Position numbers and translations under genes: made by a program. From the NCBI RefSeq assembly GCF_009914755.1, contig NC_060940.1: 64,000 nucleotides of DNA. One strand, 5' to 3'. Under the pieces are notes generated by a model that ran no database searches, was not told the DNA's origin, and worked only from the letters and a program-made list of their open reading frames with translations. Origin of the DNA: the human T2T-CHM13v2.0 reference genome, Homo sapiens. This document shows positions 40,045 to 53,250 of this stretch, piece by piece. The number at the start of each line of letters is the position of its first letter. The first letter of the stretch is position 1.

Positions 40045-41630
40045 CATTTGTTAAGCATCTGTCATTTGTTATGTGCCTGGCAATGTCTAGGCACTAGACA
40101 TGTAGCTCTATTCAACAGTGACAAGGTTCCTGCTCTCTCAGAGCTTAACTCTTGCACAAGAGACATCCAAAAATGCATAAAGAATTGAACAAGATAATCT
40201 AGATAGCGATAAATGTTGTAAAGAAAACAAAACAGGGTGGTGTGATGAAGAGTGCCAGAGGGATGTTTCATGAAAGGCCCCTTAAAGAGTGCAATCTGAG
40301 CAGAGACCAAGGAGATGACAATAATTTGGAGGGTTCTTGGGCAAGTGTGACTCAGCCAGAAAAAAAGTATAAAAATCTTAAGGAAGGAAAGAGACTGGCA
40401 TGTTATAAGAATATATAGAGGTCTTTAGAATGAGAAATCATTATTTGCAACATGCCTGGGCTTTTGGCATGTCAACTCAAGAGCCACATGTGTCATAGGT
40501 CAGACTGTATCAATATTTTGCTCATAACCCTCTTAGAGCACCTTCTTTCACTCAGGGTAAAGGCCAAAGCGCTTCAATGCTCTCCACGTGATTTGCTCCA
40601 CTGGGAGCTCTTTGACCTCATATCTACTGCTCTCGTTCTCTTGTTTACATGACTCTAGCCACACAGGCCTCCTTGTTGTTTCCTGAGCATGTCAGGCAAG
40701 CATCTACCTCAGGATCTTTACACTTCCTGTTTCCAATATCTGGAAATCCCTTCTCCAAGATACTCATTTGGCTGCCTCTTTTAGTGTCCTTGAGGTCTCT
40801 ACTCAAACATTATATTCTCAAAGAAGTCCTCCCTATTAGTTTGTCTAGAGGCCAATATGCCTTGGTCTGGTCTTCGTCATGTGTCTAAATTTTTTTAACA
40901 TGCTGTTGGTTCATATTAAACCTATGGGCAGCCAAAACTCTAGGGCCTTTTTTTATATAAAGGACTTACCTAATTAGCCATCCTCCACTCTGATTTTGGG
41001 GACTGGAAATAAAGTTAATGCTTATGTCAGTCATCTTAATTTGGGCCTGCCTATACATCAACACAGCTACCAGTATAACTAAACAAAACAATACAGACCA
41101 AAAAACCCATGTGATTACACTGCTTCCTTGCTTAAAACTCTTTCATGGCTTCCCATTTGCAATTAGATTGAAGTGCAAATCTTTACATTGGCTTCACAGC
41201 CCAACCTAACCAGAGGCCTGCATCCTTCCCTGCCCTTGTGTCTTTCCACTCCCTCCTTTTCCCTCTACCCTGAAGCCTCCTTAATTTTCAGGCTGCTCCT
41301 CAAGCTCTCCCAGCTCATTCCCTCCTTATGGGCCATCTATGTAGGTTTTCTCCCTGTTCTTGACCAGGCTAGCTCTTCTTGGCTTTTAGATCTCAGTTTT
41401 TTTTTTTTTTCTCGGAAAGACCTTCCCAGAGCCAATTCTCTGGTCTCTATCACCCACTTTAATTATTTTCAGAGAGATACCATATTCAGGTGAGGTTGTC
41501 CATTTGTGTGTAAACTACCAATCTCCCCAACTAGAATGAAAGATCTTTGGGGACAGGGTCTTTGTCTGCTATATCCCCAGATCCTGGAGGAATGCCTGCC
41601 ATGTAGCAGGTTCTCAATAAATATTGATGA
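40045..41630. mobile_element. Cluster of L2 fragments (40045-40440 minus; 40500-40830 and 41080-41630 plus)
   Basis: tatgtgcctggcaatgtctaggcactag; ctctagccacacaggcctcctt; ctagaatgaaag...ctcaataaatatt. Confidence 0.7.
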
Positions 41631-42007
41631 CAGCAGAACACTCATCAGCCTTCACTTCCCCACCTTGTCAAGAAACCAGGTCAAGGGATGTTAAGATACA
41701 CTAGTCTATTGCATTCTCTTGAATTACCAGTCTAATAATTATATTGTTAAAAGAGAGAGAAAGAAATGAAATTAGTTCTGCATAACTTATTAGCTCCTGA
41801 TCATTGCATTCTTTACTTAATGCTAAGAAACTAGCTGTTTAGTAATATATTTTTCCTTTATTGTTTCTTAAATTACAAAAGCAATGCATGGTCATTGAGA
41901 GAAATTCTAATAACACAGAGGCGTATAAAGAAAATGATGTCTATCTTCTCTCTCACTTCCCAGATGTAACTCTGTTAACAGCTTAATGAATAATACCCTT
42001 CTTTCTT

Positions 42008-42046
<39 letters not shown>
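42008..42046. repeat. (TACATA)n microsatellite
   Basis: Read directly. Confidence 0.9.
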
Positions 42047-42239
42047 GATGTATGCTCCTATACATATGTAGTTTTAAGACAAAAATAGGATATATGTGTG
42101 TGTGAGTGTATGTGTGTATATCCACTTACCATATGGTAGGCGTCTTTCTATGTCCATACAGATTGATCTACTTTATATTTAGTGACTACATAGAATTCGG
42201 TTGTATTAAGTGATTTATTTATTCAAAATATATTTAATT

Positions 42240-42840
42240 ATCCTGTGAGCAAAGACATAAAAATGTGGGGGTATTGATAAACAAGAATAGCAAAATATTG
42301 AGAATTGTTACAGCCTAGTGTTAGACACATGGAGTTTATGATACTATTCTCTCTATTTTTATGTATATTTGAAAGTTTCCATAAAAGTTAAATTTAAAAA
42401 GAAATACTTAATAAACTTCATATTTAATGATGAGTTACTGAACACTTTCCTCTGAGATCAAAAGCAAATAAAGATGCCTGATATCACCACTCCAACATTG
42501 TAAGGAAGTTTCTAAGCACTATAATAAGGCAAGAAAATAAAGGCATAAGAATTAAAAAGAAATGAAACAGCCATCATTCATGGATGACACAGTTTCATAT
42601 AAGGAAAATCCAAAAGTATCTACAAAATATTAAAATTAATTAGTGAACTGAATAACGTCTCAGGACACAAGGTTAATACATAAAACTTAATTGTATTACA
42701 ATATGCCAGCAACCAAGAAAAAGAAAATAATTTTTTAAAGACATTAAAAATACCAGGAATAAATGTAATGGAAGATAAATATGACTTCTTTGGTGAAAAC
42801 GACATACCACTGAGACAAATTAAAGATAATCTAAACACAA
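42240..42840 (+). mobile_element. Ancient L1M fragments (3' UTR, then ORF2)
   Basis: atactattctctctattttatgtatatttgaa; aagatgcctgatatcaccact...aaggcaagaaaa...caaggttaatacataaaa. Confidence 0.7.
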
Positions 42841-43249
42841 TTACTTACTAAACACTATTATGTTATATGCCAGATACTGCTAGATTGAGGATGTAGTGAT
42901 AAGTGAAAACAGACACATTCTTTGCCCTTCATTAGATAACCATGCAAATTAATGTAGTATTGTAAATGTAGGAAGGATTACAGGGGATGCACACAGGGCG
43001 GTAAGAGCTTTGGAAATGGAATTTGACCAGTCAAATAACCAGGGAAGACTTCTTGAGCTGAGCCCCAAAGGAAAAAAATGAGTTAAACAGATGAAAAAAG
43101 CATTCTAAACACAGAAAAGAGCACATGGAAAGCCTATAGGTAAAGACCAACTATGAACCATAATTGAATCAACAATTCTTGGTATTGATGGCTATTTAGG
43201 TTTTGTGGTAGATGTCTGCCAAAGAGTTTTCACCAACCTGATGTTTTTG

Positions 43250-43296
43250 TAAGAAAAGAAAGAAAGAAAGAGAAAGAAAGAAAGATAAGAAAGAAA

Positions 43297-43353
<57 letters not shown>

Positions 43354-43444
43354 GAAAGAAAGAAAGAGAAAAAGAAAGAAAGAAAATAATAGCAAATAAA
43401 AGGAGGAAGTAAAGAAAGAAAGGCAAGGAAGGAAGGAAAGAAAG
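43250..43444. repeat. Compound (GAAA)n / (GGAA)n purine tract
   Basis: About 190 bp nearly pure purine strand with a long uninterrupted GAAA run. Confidence 0.97.
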
Positions 43445-43815
43445 TTAATAAAATGGTTATTGTTTTGGGCTACATTGTGTGGCTAGTTTTTACCAGAAAA
43501 AGCTAACTAATGCAGGTTGGCTCAAGTTTTCTGGTTTTAGAAGCAATGCTTTAAGGAATGTCTTTGCATATATATCCTGGTGCACCTGATAGAGAGCAAG
43601 CCCTCATAATTGAGACTAAGGTAACTTAGGAAGTTGCACACATGAGGAAACTGACACACAGCTAAAGTAAACAGTAATATCAAACTCACACATGGGAAGG
43701 AAGATATTTGGAATTAGTAGCCAGGTCTTCAAATCCCAATGTAACATTCATTCAAACCTAACATCCTCTTATTGATGGAGAAAAAGCAACACGTTTTTCA
43801 AAGTCAAATATTAAA

Positions 43816-44110
43816 GCCAGGCATGGTGGACTCATGCCTTTAATCCCAGCACTTTGGAAGGCCAAACCAGGAGGATTGCTTGAGCTCAGGAATTTGATAC
43901 TATCCTGGGCAACAAAGCAAGATCCCATCCCTACAAAAATAAAATAAAATAATTAGCCATGTTTAGTGGCTCACACGTGAAGTCCTGGCTACTTGGGAAG
44001 CCAAGGCAGGAAGATCACTTGAGCCCAGGAGATCTAGGCTGCAGTGAGCCATGATCTTGCCACTGTACTCCAACCTGGGCAACATAATGAGACTTTGTCT
44101 CAAAAAAAAA
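43816..44110 (+). mobile_element. AluJ
   Basis: ggaggattgcttgagctcagga...cacttgagcccaggag...ggctgcagtgagccatgat. Confidence 0.93.
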
Positions 44111-46171
44111 TTAAAGAAGTTCAAATTCAGTTTTCTGGGTTATAACAAGCCTACATTTTTTAACCTGTGTCCTTTAATCTTGACAACAAACTTGAGCTTG
44201 TCAGGCTTTTAGGAAAAGAGTTCCAATAATAAGACCACTGGGAAGGCTGGATTCAATTTCAATACAGAAATATTGCTGTCCCCTAGGAACAAAATGTAAT
44301 TGACATAATTCCCCTGACCTGATTGGTCTAATACTGGCCACGCATTGTAAAGGGTTAAACAAAGATTACAAGCTCTCTTTTGCAGGGGATGGTAAAGTTT
44401 ATTATTTTTTTGCCCAGTCTGAGGAAGTATAAAAATATTATTTTCCTGGAACTTGGAAGGAGAGTTTGGCAGACAGTATGAATTTCAGGAAAATATTTTT
44501 GTCATTAATTATGTCATAAGCAAAAGAGTAAAATAAACTGTTTATTATCACATATAAAATGCTTTTGATCAGTCAACTGAAAAACTAATTTTGTTTTCTC
44601 ATTACACTGCCTCAGGCATTCTTTAACGTCAATTTTTATTATAGCAAAAGCAAGGAAATTAAAATGATCAGTATGGTACAGAGAGAAACATTTGCTTCAA
44701 AATTTTTAAAGGTAAGAATAACAAAGCACTGAACCTCTTTATCATTCATAATAATCACAACTGATCTACAGAGGGGGTAATTCTACTCCAAGGGTCTAGA
44801 GGATCATCTAATCATAACCCTCTTTGAGCCCCATGGGACCCTCAGGGTGGGTCAGTACTGAGACAGATGCTAGGGGTCCTGTTACGTATGTGTCTAGAAA
44901 AAATGGAGTTAAATTTCCAGCCCAATTGGGCCTCCATAGACGGATCAGGGTAGAAGGGGGCTATACTAACACCCAGAGAAGCTAAAGAAGAATGCTATGC
45001 AAAGGGTTGAGGAAGGATGGGCTTGATTTCCATCCGTTGGCCCAGCAGTTTATGTTGTGGAAAGAAATAATTTTAAAAAGAAAAAATGTTAGGTGACAGG
45101 TTTTCCAAACTTGTCCCAGTCCCTTAAAAACTCTGTGGGGAAGGGGGCACGGCGGGGGGCATTCTGAGACTGAGTGTCCTGGCTCAACACAGTGTTCCGA
45201 AGCACCAACAAGGCTATGTATGTGAAAGCACTTCGTAAAGTAATAATCAAAGGCTGTTTAACAATGACCATTAGCATCCTAGAATGCCTTGGCTGAGGTG
45301 GACCTGGGACTTGGGTGCTTCTTGTGGAGAACCGTTGACATTGAATGGCTCTCTTGCTTTTTAGCTATAGGAAGAAGAAGGTATTCTGGTGAAGGGTTGA
45401 TGGGAAGGAGAGAAAGAAGTCTTTGGTAATGGTGTGACAGCAGAGTCTCTGGTCCCTCATCAGCCTGAATGATCTGATTGACAGCCCTGTGGAAGAAGGA
45501 ATAGGAAAAACCAAAAGAGGCATGGCTCCATGAGACATGGAGTGAAAGTCCTAATCCAGGGCATGGATAGTAAGGTTGTTGAGGGTCCCTAGTCCTTTCT
45601 GAGCCACTGCTCCATGCGTACTGTGGAACAGACAGCCTGACATGGTTACATTTCATGAAACAGAGGTGGTGATGGAAATCTTGAGAAGATGGCAAAGGCA
45701 GGAAGAAATGAGTTCACTTGCTCTTGATTAAACAAATTTTCTGCCCCAAACCTGGGCATGCCCTAAAAAGCTCAGTTAGAGTTCCCTTATTATGACTGTT
45801 ATGACTGTAAGACTTATGACCTAAGGCCAAGCAACCTGTACACTCTAGCTACCCACAGACACCGTGGAGAAGGCACTGTCTTCTGTAGAGAGCATTGAAC
45901 AGGCCTCCCCACTTTCCCAAGACTCCCAACAGAGATAAGGGATTTCAAGCCTGTATGCTCTAAGCAGCTCTGCCTGCCAGGTGAGAGAAAATAAGTCTCA
46001 AATAGACTTTGCTTTTAAGGATAAGTCAATCCACCAGGGAGTCCAAATGTAGCGAGCAAAGAGAAAACACTACATAACTATGTGGCTCCAGGTAAGAAAG
46101 AGGGACAATGTCGGGGAGGGTCTTCTGAGAGGAAATTTGGCTTAAAGAAGGATAAAGCACATTCTAGCATA

Positions 46172-46400
46172 TAATATCTTTTTCTTTCTGTTTCTGAGTT
46201 GTTTCACTTAAAATAATGACCTCCAATTCGATCCATGTTGCTGCAAAAGACATGATTTTATTCTTTTTTGTGGCTGAATAATATTTCTTTGTGTATATAC
46301 ACCATGTTTTCTTTATCCAGTCATCCATTGGTGGACATTCAGGTTAATTCCAATCTTTGCTCCTGTAAATAGTGCTGCAATGAACATACAAGTGCATGTA
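46172..46400 (-). mobile_element. L1MA 3' fragment
   Basis: gtttcacttaaaataatgacctcca...ccatgttgctgcaaaagacatgatttt...aatagtgctgcaatgaacata. Confidence 0.85.
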
Positions 46401-46609
46401 CTTGCACAGCATAAGATTATACAAATAAAATTTTAAAATCTGTATGTGCAAAATTTTCATAATAAATCCAAGGCAGAGAAAAGACCTTATTCTATTCTTG
46501 ATAATGATTTATTTTCCTTTTGCCCCACTTGCCTCTGAGAAGCCTGTGCTAACTGTGCTCTTACCATGAACTCTAAGGAGGAAATTGCCAATGAGTCACC
46601 ATATCCAGC

Positions 46610-46943
46610 CACTCAAGTGATAAGGCTAGTTAGCTGTCCTTATCTCTCAGCTTTGCCTTCCTCACCATTGGCTCCATTCTCGGGCACATTCTCCCATGTG
46701 TAAGTAAGATGGCACCAGGAGTTCCAATATGGCATGCTTCCAGCATCAAGAGAAAGAGGGCTTCTCTTTTCTAACAGTTCAAACACAAGTTCTAGAATCC
46801 AGTCCCTTTGGGTCTGGATGACCTCACTCGCATGGGTCAGGTGCTCATAAGAAGCAATTGCTAGTCCAGGACAACACGATATCCTGATTGGCCAGGTGCA
46901 GGTCACCTGACCTATTCTGGGCTGTGGTAGAGTTAGTTCCTCC
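46610..46943 (-). mobile_element. MLT1 (J/K-like) LTR fragment
   Basis: tggctccattctcggg...aagatggc...ctgattggccaggtgcaggtcac. Confidence 0.6.
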
Positions 46944-47295
46944 ACAAAATAAATGAAAAGATGACCCTATACAATTGACAATAAAATTCCACACAAATTG
47001 TACAGAGGAAAAATGGAGAAAAGATTCAATGGAAAGATGGCATCTGAAGAAGGCACCCATCAAAGGCCCTTCTTGCTAAATCAAGCCTGTTTGATGACAG
47101 CTAGTTGCCTGGAGTTCAGGGTTTTCTCTCAGACCAAGTCAAGACTCAGATCCTCCTAACAGCATCATAAACCCTACTCCTTAGGCCATTCGTGAACAAT
47201 TAGACATTATTATTTAGCAGTAAACTATTGATGTACTGGAACTGTTTTCAAATTTGGAAGTGCTTGGGCTTGTCTTGCCTTCTTAAGTTAATCAT
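46944..47295 (+). repeat. Direct duplication, copy 1 (~340 bp, not a recognised TE)
   Basis: Aligns colinearly with 48511-48849, roughly 80 percent identity by eye. Confidence 0.92.
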
Positions 47296-48510
47296 GATAC
47301 GTATGGATACATATGGACTAAAACTGAGAAAAGGGTGGTTCCTCAAGAAAAATAAGAGTGCCCTTACTGGGAAGGGATGGCAGAGAAGCAAAAATCAGCA
47401 GATGGTTCTGTAAGCACCGACAGCTATGTTTAACCTTTTCCAAGCTTTCTTTAGGGCTTGGTTTGGAGCAGGGAGGAGGTCTCAGGGCAGATCCTGGATC
47501 TCCTCATGCCTGTGGCATTTGACAGGCACAGGCAGGTATCAGGTAAGTACAGGACAGCCCTGTTTTCCTCCAGCCAAGATAACCCAGCCAGATGAAAGGA
47601 CAAGGCATCCAGCTGCCTCTCAGTAATCCCTCAGCCCATTTGGTAACCATCTGTCCTTCTCATTTCCAAATTTGGCCCAAATTAAAGGGGCCTGTATTTG
47701 CTTTTTTGGAAAATGTTATGATTTTTTCAAGTAAACAGTAGAAAGTGTATAAAGCCATGAGATTTATTGAAACTGCCAAACTGTCTGGACTTGATCAAAC
47801 TGGTTTATGCTGGCTTAAATGTGTGTTCTATTCTCTCCATTTTATTATCATAAACAACAATTCCTATTTATTTAGACAGGACCAGAACTTCTCTTTATGT
47901 TTTTCACATATTATTTCATTTGATCCCACATATGGAACAAAGGTCAGTACTACTGTCAGGCCCAGTTTATGGATGGCAGCATTGGCAACCTAAATGATTA
48001 AGCGTTTCCAGAACTCAATTCAGTGGCAGGCATGCAGGGTTCTGAGCCCAGCTCTTCTGGTAGAAGACTGTGTTCCTTCTGGTGTTTCCTGTCGTACCTG
48101 AACTCAGCCCACAACCATAACACCAATCACACACCCTCTGCCTCATTCTTTACCAATTCAATATTAAAAAGAAGAAAAGAAGGAATAAATTTAAAAATCA
48201 TTCACTCATTGTCCACACCTGGGATTTGTGCTACTTACAACCTGGACAGCCCAGGTCATTATATTCAATTGACAGTTTTATTGCTTCTATGGAAAAAACA
48301 AAAACCACTGTCCTAGATACTCTGTTAAGATACACAGATAAATAAGAAATGTTACTTATCTTCAAAATCTTGATGTCTAGTTGTGGACACAAGACTAATT
48401 TGAGAAAAAGATTAAAAATCTAAATACAGTTTAAAATTTTATTTTAAAAAATAAAAATTTAGGTAGACAGATTGATCCATAGATACCACAGAGAGGTAAA
48501 AGAGCTTGAG

Positions 48511-48849
48511 ACAAAATAAATGAAATGGTGACCTTATATGATTTGTGATAAAATCCCACACTAACTATACAGAGGAAAAATGGAGAAAGGGTTGAATGGC
48601 AAGATGGCATCTGACAAAGTCACCCTTCAAAGGCCCTTCTTGCCAAATCAAACCTGTTCGATGACAGCTAATTGCTTGAATTCAGGATTTCTCAAAGATC
48701 AGGTCAAGAATTGGACCCTCCTAAATGCATTGTAAACCCTAGTCCTTAGGTCATTTGTGAACAATTAGACATTGTTACTTAGCAGTTAGTTAATGACGTC
48801 CTGGACTGTTCTCAAATTTGGAAGTGCTTGGGCTCGTCTTATTAATCAT
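48511..48849 (+). repeat. Direct duplication, copy 2
   Basis: Shared blocks: acaaaataaatgaaa, acagaggaaaaatggagaaa, aagatggcatctga, tcaaaggcccttcttgc, gtgaacaattagacatt, caaatttggaagtgcttgggct. Confidence 0.92.
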
Positions 48850-50433
48850 AAGCCTCAGCAGTTCAGAAACCTTGTTCTCTATCTTCCCTGCCCCTTTTTC
48901 ACCATGCCTAGCAAGAGTTTATATTCATAGCCAAAGCTAAATACTATAAACTGGTGTTAATATTTACTGGAAATAAAGTTAATTTAGCTAATGAGCTCTA
49001 AATACAGTATATAGCTTTTTAACCATGCAGTGTTTAGGAAACACTCCCTGAAATCTTGGCATAACTGAGAACTAGATGGGACCAAACAGCAGCTGGGAAA
49101 TAGCACGTTGTAAGTGCAGGCTACCCTCAGTAGCAGATTCTCATTTTTCTTACCTTTGATTTTCCACCTAGTAAACCATGGATTACCTTAAAAGAAAGGG
49201 AGGGATGAGTAGCTTGGCAGACAAGAGACTTACCTCAGACCCTTAGGGTTGGGGATATCTTTATACTTCTGTGTGACCTCTATTCTACCCTAGTGACCTT
49301 TGCTTCATGGTCATTTGAACCAAGAAAGGAACCCATTTCCCATGTACAGGCAATTGGAAACAGTATTGAGCACCATGGACTCTAAGAAGATGCACCTGAA
49401 CACGAACCAGCACACAGAAAAAATAAAATAATTGGAATTTTTTTTAATTCCATGCTTCAAAGACTTCAGTTTTTTTCCCTCTTCTGCCCTGTTAGAAGCT
49501 TCCACTTGTGCTTGTAAGATTCGTGACTGCAACTGCCTTAATAAGTTCTTTCTCTTCCGAGCAATGAGTTGATCCAGCCTTGTTTGGTACATCTGTTATA
49601 ACACATCGCAGACTCTCATAATTATTCTTTTATATAATTCTACACATTCTGATTAGCTGTGTCTGTTCCAGGCAAGCAGTAGGAGTGTGCTAAGTGCCCC
49701 TCATTCAAAAAGAGTTCTTCAAAACAGTACAAAGTGAAATTAAAGTAATTATTAAGTCATAGAAACTAAACACAATTCCATAATAGGCAGAGGGCTGGCA
49801 AATAACTAGCACACTACAGTCAGAGAAATGTGTTCAGGACTGCTCTCTGAAATACTTCCTGGTATCAGGTTCTTGGTAATGACACAGAGTGAGTGAAGAG
49901 GAAGGAAAACAGATTCGAGGGCCACTTTAAGATTTAAAAGGAGCCTTCTCCTCAACACTGATGGGGAACTCAAGAAGCAGTGTTCAAGAAGAAGAGATGG
50001 GTGCAATACTATGTCTAGAAAAGCCTGCCTTCTTGAGCTCATCTCTTTAGCTCTCATGCATATTCTGTGGACCAAGAAGTTTTTAGTATAGAAGAGACAA
50101 TTAAATTCCAGCTTTTCACCATTGTACCTCTTGCACCAGAGTGAGTAATAGGGCAGAGTGCAATAGACTTAAATTAGATTGCAGCAGAACATGTGTACTG
50201 ACCTTTTCTCAGAGCAGATCTATTTACTTTATAATGCAGTTCAACTTGTAGGAACTGATGTACTCCTAGCTGGAGTAAAGGTTAAGAAATATGTGCATCT
50301 TAATTCATCTGGATTTCAACTCTGCTCTAGTCTTCTGCTTATTGTATAGACCAACATGTGCTGGCCCCAACAAAATGGAGAAAGCAACATGATTTGGAAG
50401 TTAGTAATGCATGGGCCCCTCTACCGCTTAGTG

Positions 50434-50588
50434 CAGTGGTTTTCAAAGTGTGGTTTTAGGCAGGATTGTCAGTGTTACCTGGGGTCTTGTTAGGAATGTA
50501 AATGTTGAGGTCCTGTGCCAAACCTACTGGGTCAGAAACCCTTTGTTTCAACAAGCCCTTCTGATGCATGTTAATATTTGAGAACTGT
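50434..50588 (+). mobile_element. MER5A (hAT-Charlie MITE), followed by (TG)n to ~50613
   Basis: cagtggttttcaaagtgtgg...cttgttaggaatg...acctactgggtcagaaac...tttgagaac. Confidence 0.85.
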
Positions 50589-51684
50589 GTGTGTGTGTGT
50601 TTGTGTGTGTGTGTCCCCTCCAAGTGCTTTTGATGTGTAGCCAGAGTCAATAATCACTGATGTAGTTTCCTGTCTCCTAAAAAATGGAATGCAGCAGGTA
50701 CCACTGGTGACACACAAATGTTAAGTGGTAGACAAGTAACTTCGCATGATCTGGAAGGTGTGATTTAAAATGGCAGTGGAATGTAATTTTAAATAATATT
50801 GAATCTCTTGGTGAAAAAGTGAATCTTTTTCTATCCTTGTCACTGTTCAAAAAAACTTTGTTTGTTATGAACAGAGACTCTATTTTCTCTCTAACCTTTG
50901 TTAATCTTCCTTTTAAAATAAAGACAGAGCAGGGCCCAGGCTCAGAACCTCTAGTATTCAACAGCATCAAGACATAATATGATTAATATTATTAAATGTT
51001 ATTTGGGTTGTGTTTATGGGTTGCTTTTTATTTATGTCAAATGACACTGTTTTTCACTATATGATAGTGATGTATATTTTTCCTTTTAATTAACTTTTTC
51101 TCAAAGAAGTATGAAACAATTTAAAAATACATATTTGGCAAGTCATTCAAATAATATATGGCTATCAGGAACTCACTTACAAGACAGAGAGGGAAGGCAA
51201 TTTCTTTGGCAGTGTTCAGTCATTACACATTATGCCTAATTTCCAGCACCGGCTCCATCTCTATCTCCAGGCCTCGACCCTCAGAAAGAGGACCTGAAGC
51301 CTGAGATATTTGCCATCAGTGAAGAAAAATTTCATTATGGTTACTACACAATTTACTAAGATAGAAAAGTGACTCATACATTTCAGAACAATGTGTCATC
51401 ACAAAATTTGAAATCAAAAGGGTTCTGAATTACCCAGATGATTAAAATGTCAAAAATAGCCCATTCCTCAAAATTCGGGGTAATTGAATTCGGGTTGATC
51501 TTGAAAAAAAAACTTAGATTTTTTTCATTTTTATAAAAGCAATGAGATTTTTCAATATAATATTTGGAAAAAATAGAAAGAAGAAAAATATCACATCATC
51601 CATTGTTATATTCCATAAAGAGACAGTAGTACTATTAAGATTTTGGCCAGTTTTCTTCCAGTCCTTTTTTCTCCATTTAATTGT

Positions 51685-51685
51685 C

Positions 51686-51721
<36 letters not shown>

Positions 51722-51735
51722 GTATATACACACAC
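51685..51735. repeat. (CA)n microsatellite
   Basis: Read directly. Confidence 0.95.
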
Positions 51736-51879
51736 AATTCTGTGCCTTACTTCAGCATGAGAGTATAACATTTTCTTTTATATTTTAATTAGAGTTTTAT
51801 TGTATAGATAATAGAAAAGTAAATAAATCACTTTTAATAAGGGTCTCTATGACCACAATTTCAGTACAAAAAGTACATC

Positions 51880-52290
51880 TTTTGGGTTGCTTTTGGCTGC
51901 AAATAACAGAAAACCCAACTCAAATTGGCTGAAACAATAAAGATATGTATTATCTCACATAACAGAAAACCCAAAGTGGAGTAGATTATTCTACAATGAC
52001 CGGCTTGACAGTGACAATAGGACCTGGGTTCCTACATCTTCCTAGTGTGAGCTTCATCCTCAGACTGGTAGTAAAAGGGTTCAACAGTTCTAGGTATCAA
52101 GGCCAGTTTCCCATGGGAAAAGAAAAAATAATATTTTTACTTAGACCTGTCTTAGAAAAGAGAAAATGTTCTGCAGAAATTCCCCAACAGACTTCCCCTT
52201 ACCTCTCATGAGATGGAGTTGGGTGACATGCTCACCACTTCTGACCCAGTCATGGGTCAGGGAAAAGAACTTTACCTGATTGGCTTACCT
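51880..52290 (-). mobile_element. MLT1J-like LTR
   Basis: ttggctgcaaataacagaaaacccaactcaaattggc...tattatctcacataacagaaa. Confidence 0.75.
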
Positions 52291-52737
52291 CAAATTCCTT
52301 AGGAGGTGAATCAAGTACCTTTCCCTCCAAAAAAAAGGAAAACAGATAGGGAGGTCTTTTTAGCATATTGACATAACAAATAATGTGGTGCAACGTTTAA
52401 AGAAGATATTTAACATTTCTCAGTGGCTAATTGATTTTACATAGTGCATAAAATCTAATGAGCTTCTAGTTTAACTCCTAGTCCCTCTGTGTTTTAGTCC
52501 ATTCTCCTTCTCTGTCTTTATTTACTCACCATTTCCAAGATAATTTTACATTCTAATCAGTCACTATTTTCCCTTGTTTCATAAGTACACATTTTCTTCC
52601 CCAATGATGTCCTAATCAGGTTTTACTTCAATTCCCATTCCATATCCAACTCCTGATATTTTCTTATATTTGTAGAGCATCTCTTAGGTAAGCAGAATTT
52701 CCCCTCTACCTTTATGGGTTTACCTCCTACAGTAAAC

Positions 52738-53250
52738 ATGTCTTGCATTTGTCTGTCCAACATTTACTCCCCTAGTGTCTTGCTGATTGCACCCCACATT
52801 TCCATGGAGAAATACACTTCCCCTACTTTCAATCCATATGACTCAAATCTCCAGTCAACAGAGAATCATGATCAGACAGTAACAATGAATACTTCAAGGA
52901 TGGACAATTGGGTCGATTGAAGTCTGTTAGCCTGAATTCCAGGACTTTTAGAACTGATTTGCTTTTTGTTTGGGTTGCTAATGGGATTTAAATCTGGAAA
53001 TCCTGGCAGCCATCTTGCCACCAAAGAGACAGCCTGCCTGGGAACGAAGCCAACATAAGTTAAAGAAGATACAAACCAATAGGTGGAGAAGATGAGACTA
53101 AACTCTCAGAACAACACTGGATTCCATGGAGCCAGCCATGCTCGAAACACATTCACCTCTGGACTTTTCAGATGTGAACAAAGGCCTTCCCTTTTTCACT
53201 TAAGCTAGTTTGAATATAATTCTATCTCTTGCAAACAAGAGAGCTATGGT
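52738..53250 (+). mobile_element. LTR16-like ERVL LTR
   Basis: ggcagccatcttgccacca...agcctgcctg...gaagccaaca...ctggacttttcag...cttaagctagtttga. Confidence 0.7.

Noticed and set aside
45137-45159. G-quadruplex candidate ggggaagggggcacggcgggggg
   Set aside because: It has only three separate runs of three or more G, so a canonical three-tier quadruplex is doubtful.
46944-48849. Direct repeats as paired LTRs of a novel retroelement
   Set aside because: There are no TG...CA termini, PBS, PPT or TSD, and the spacer contains MIR-like and L2-like fragments.
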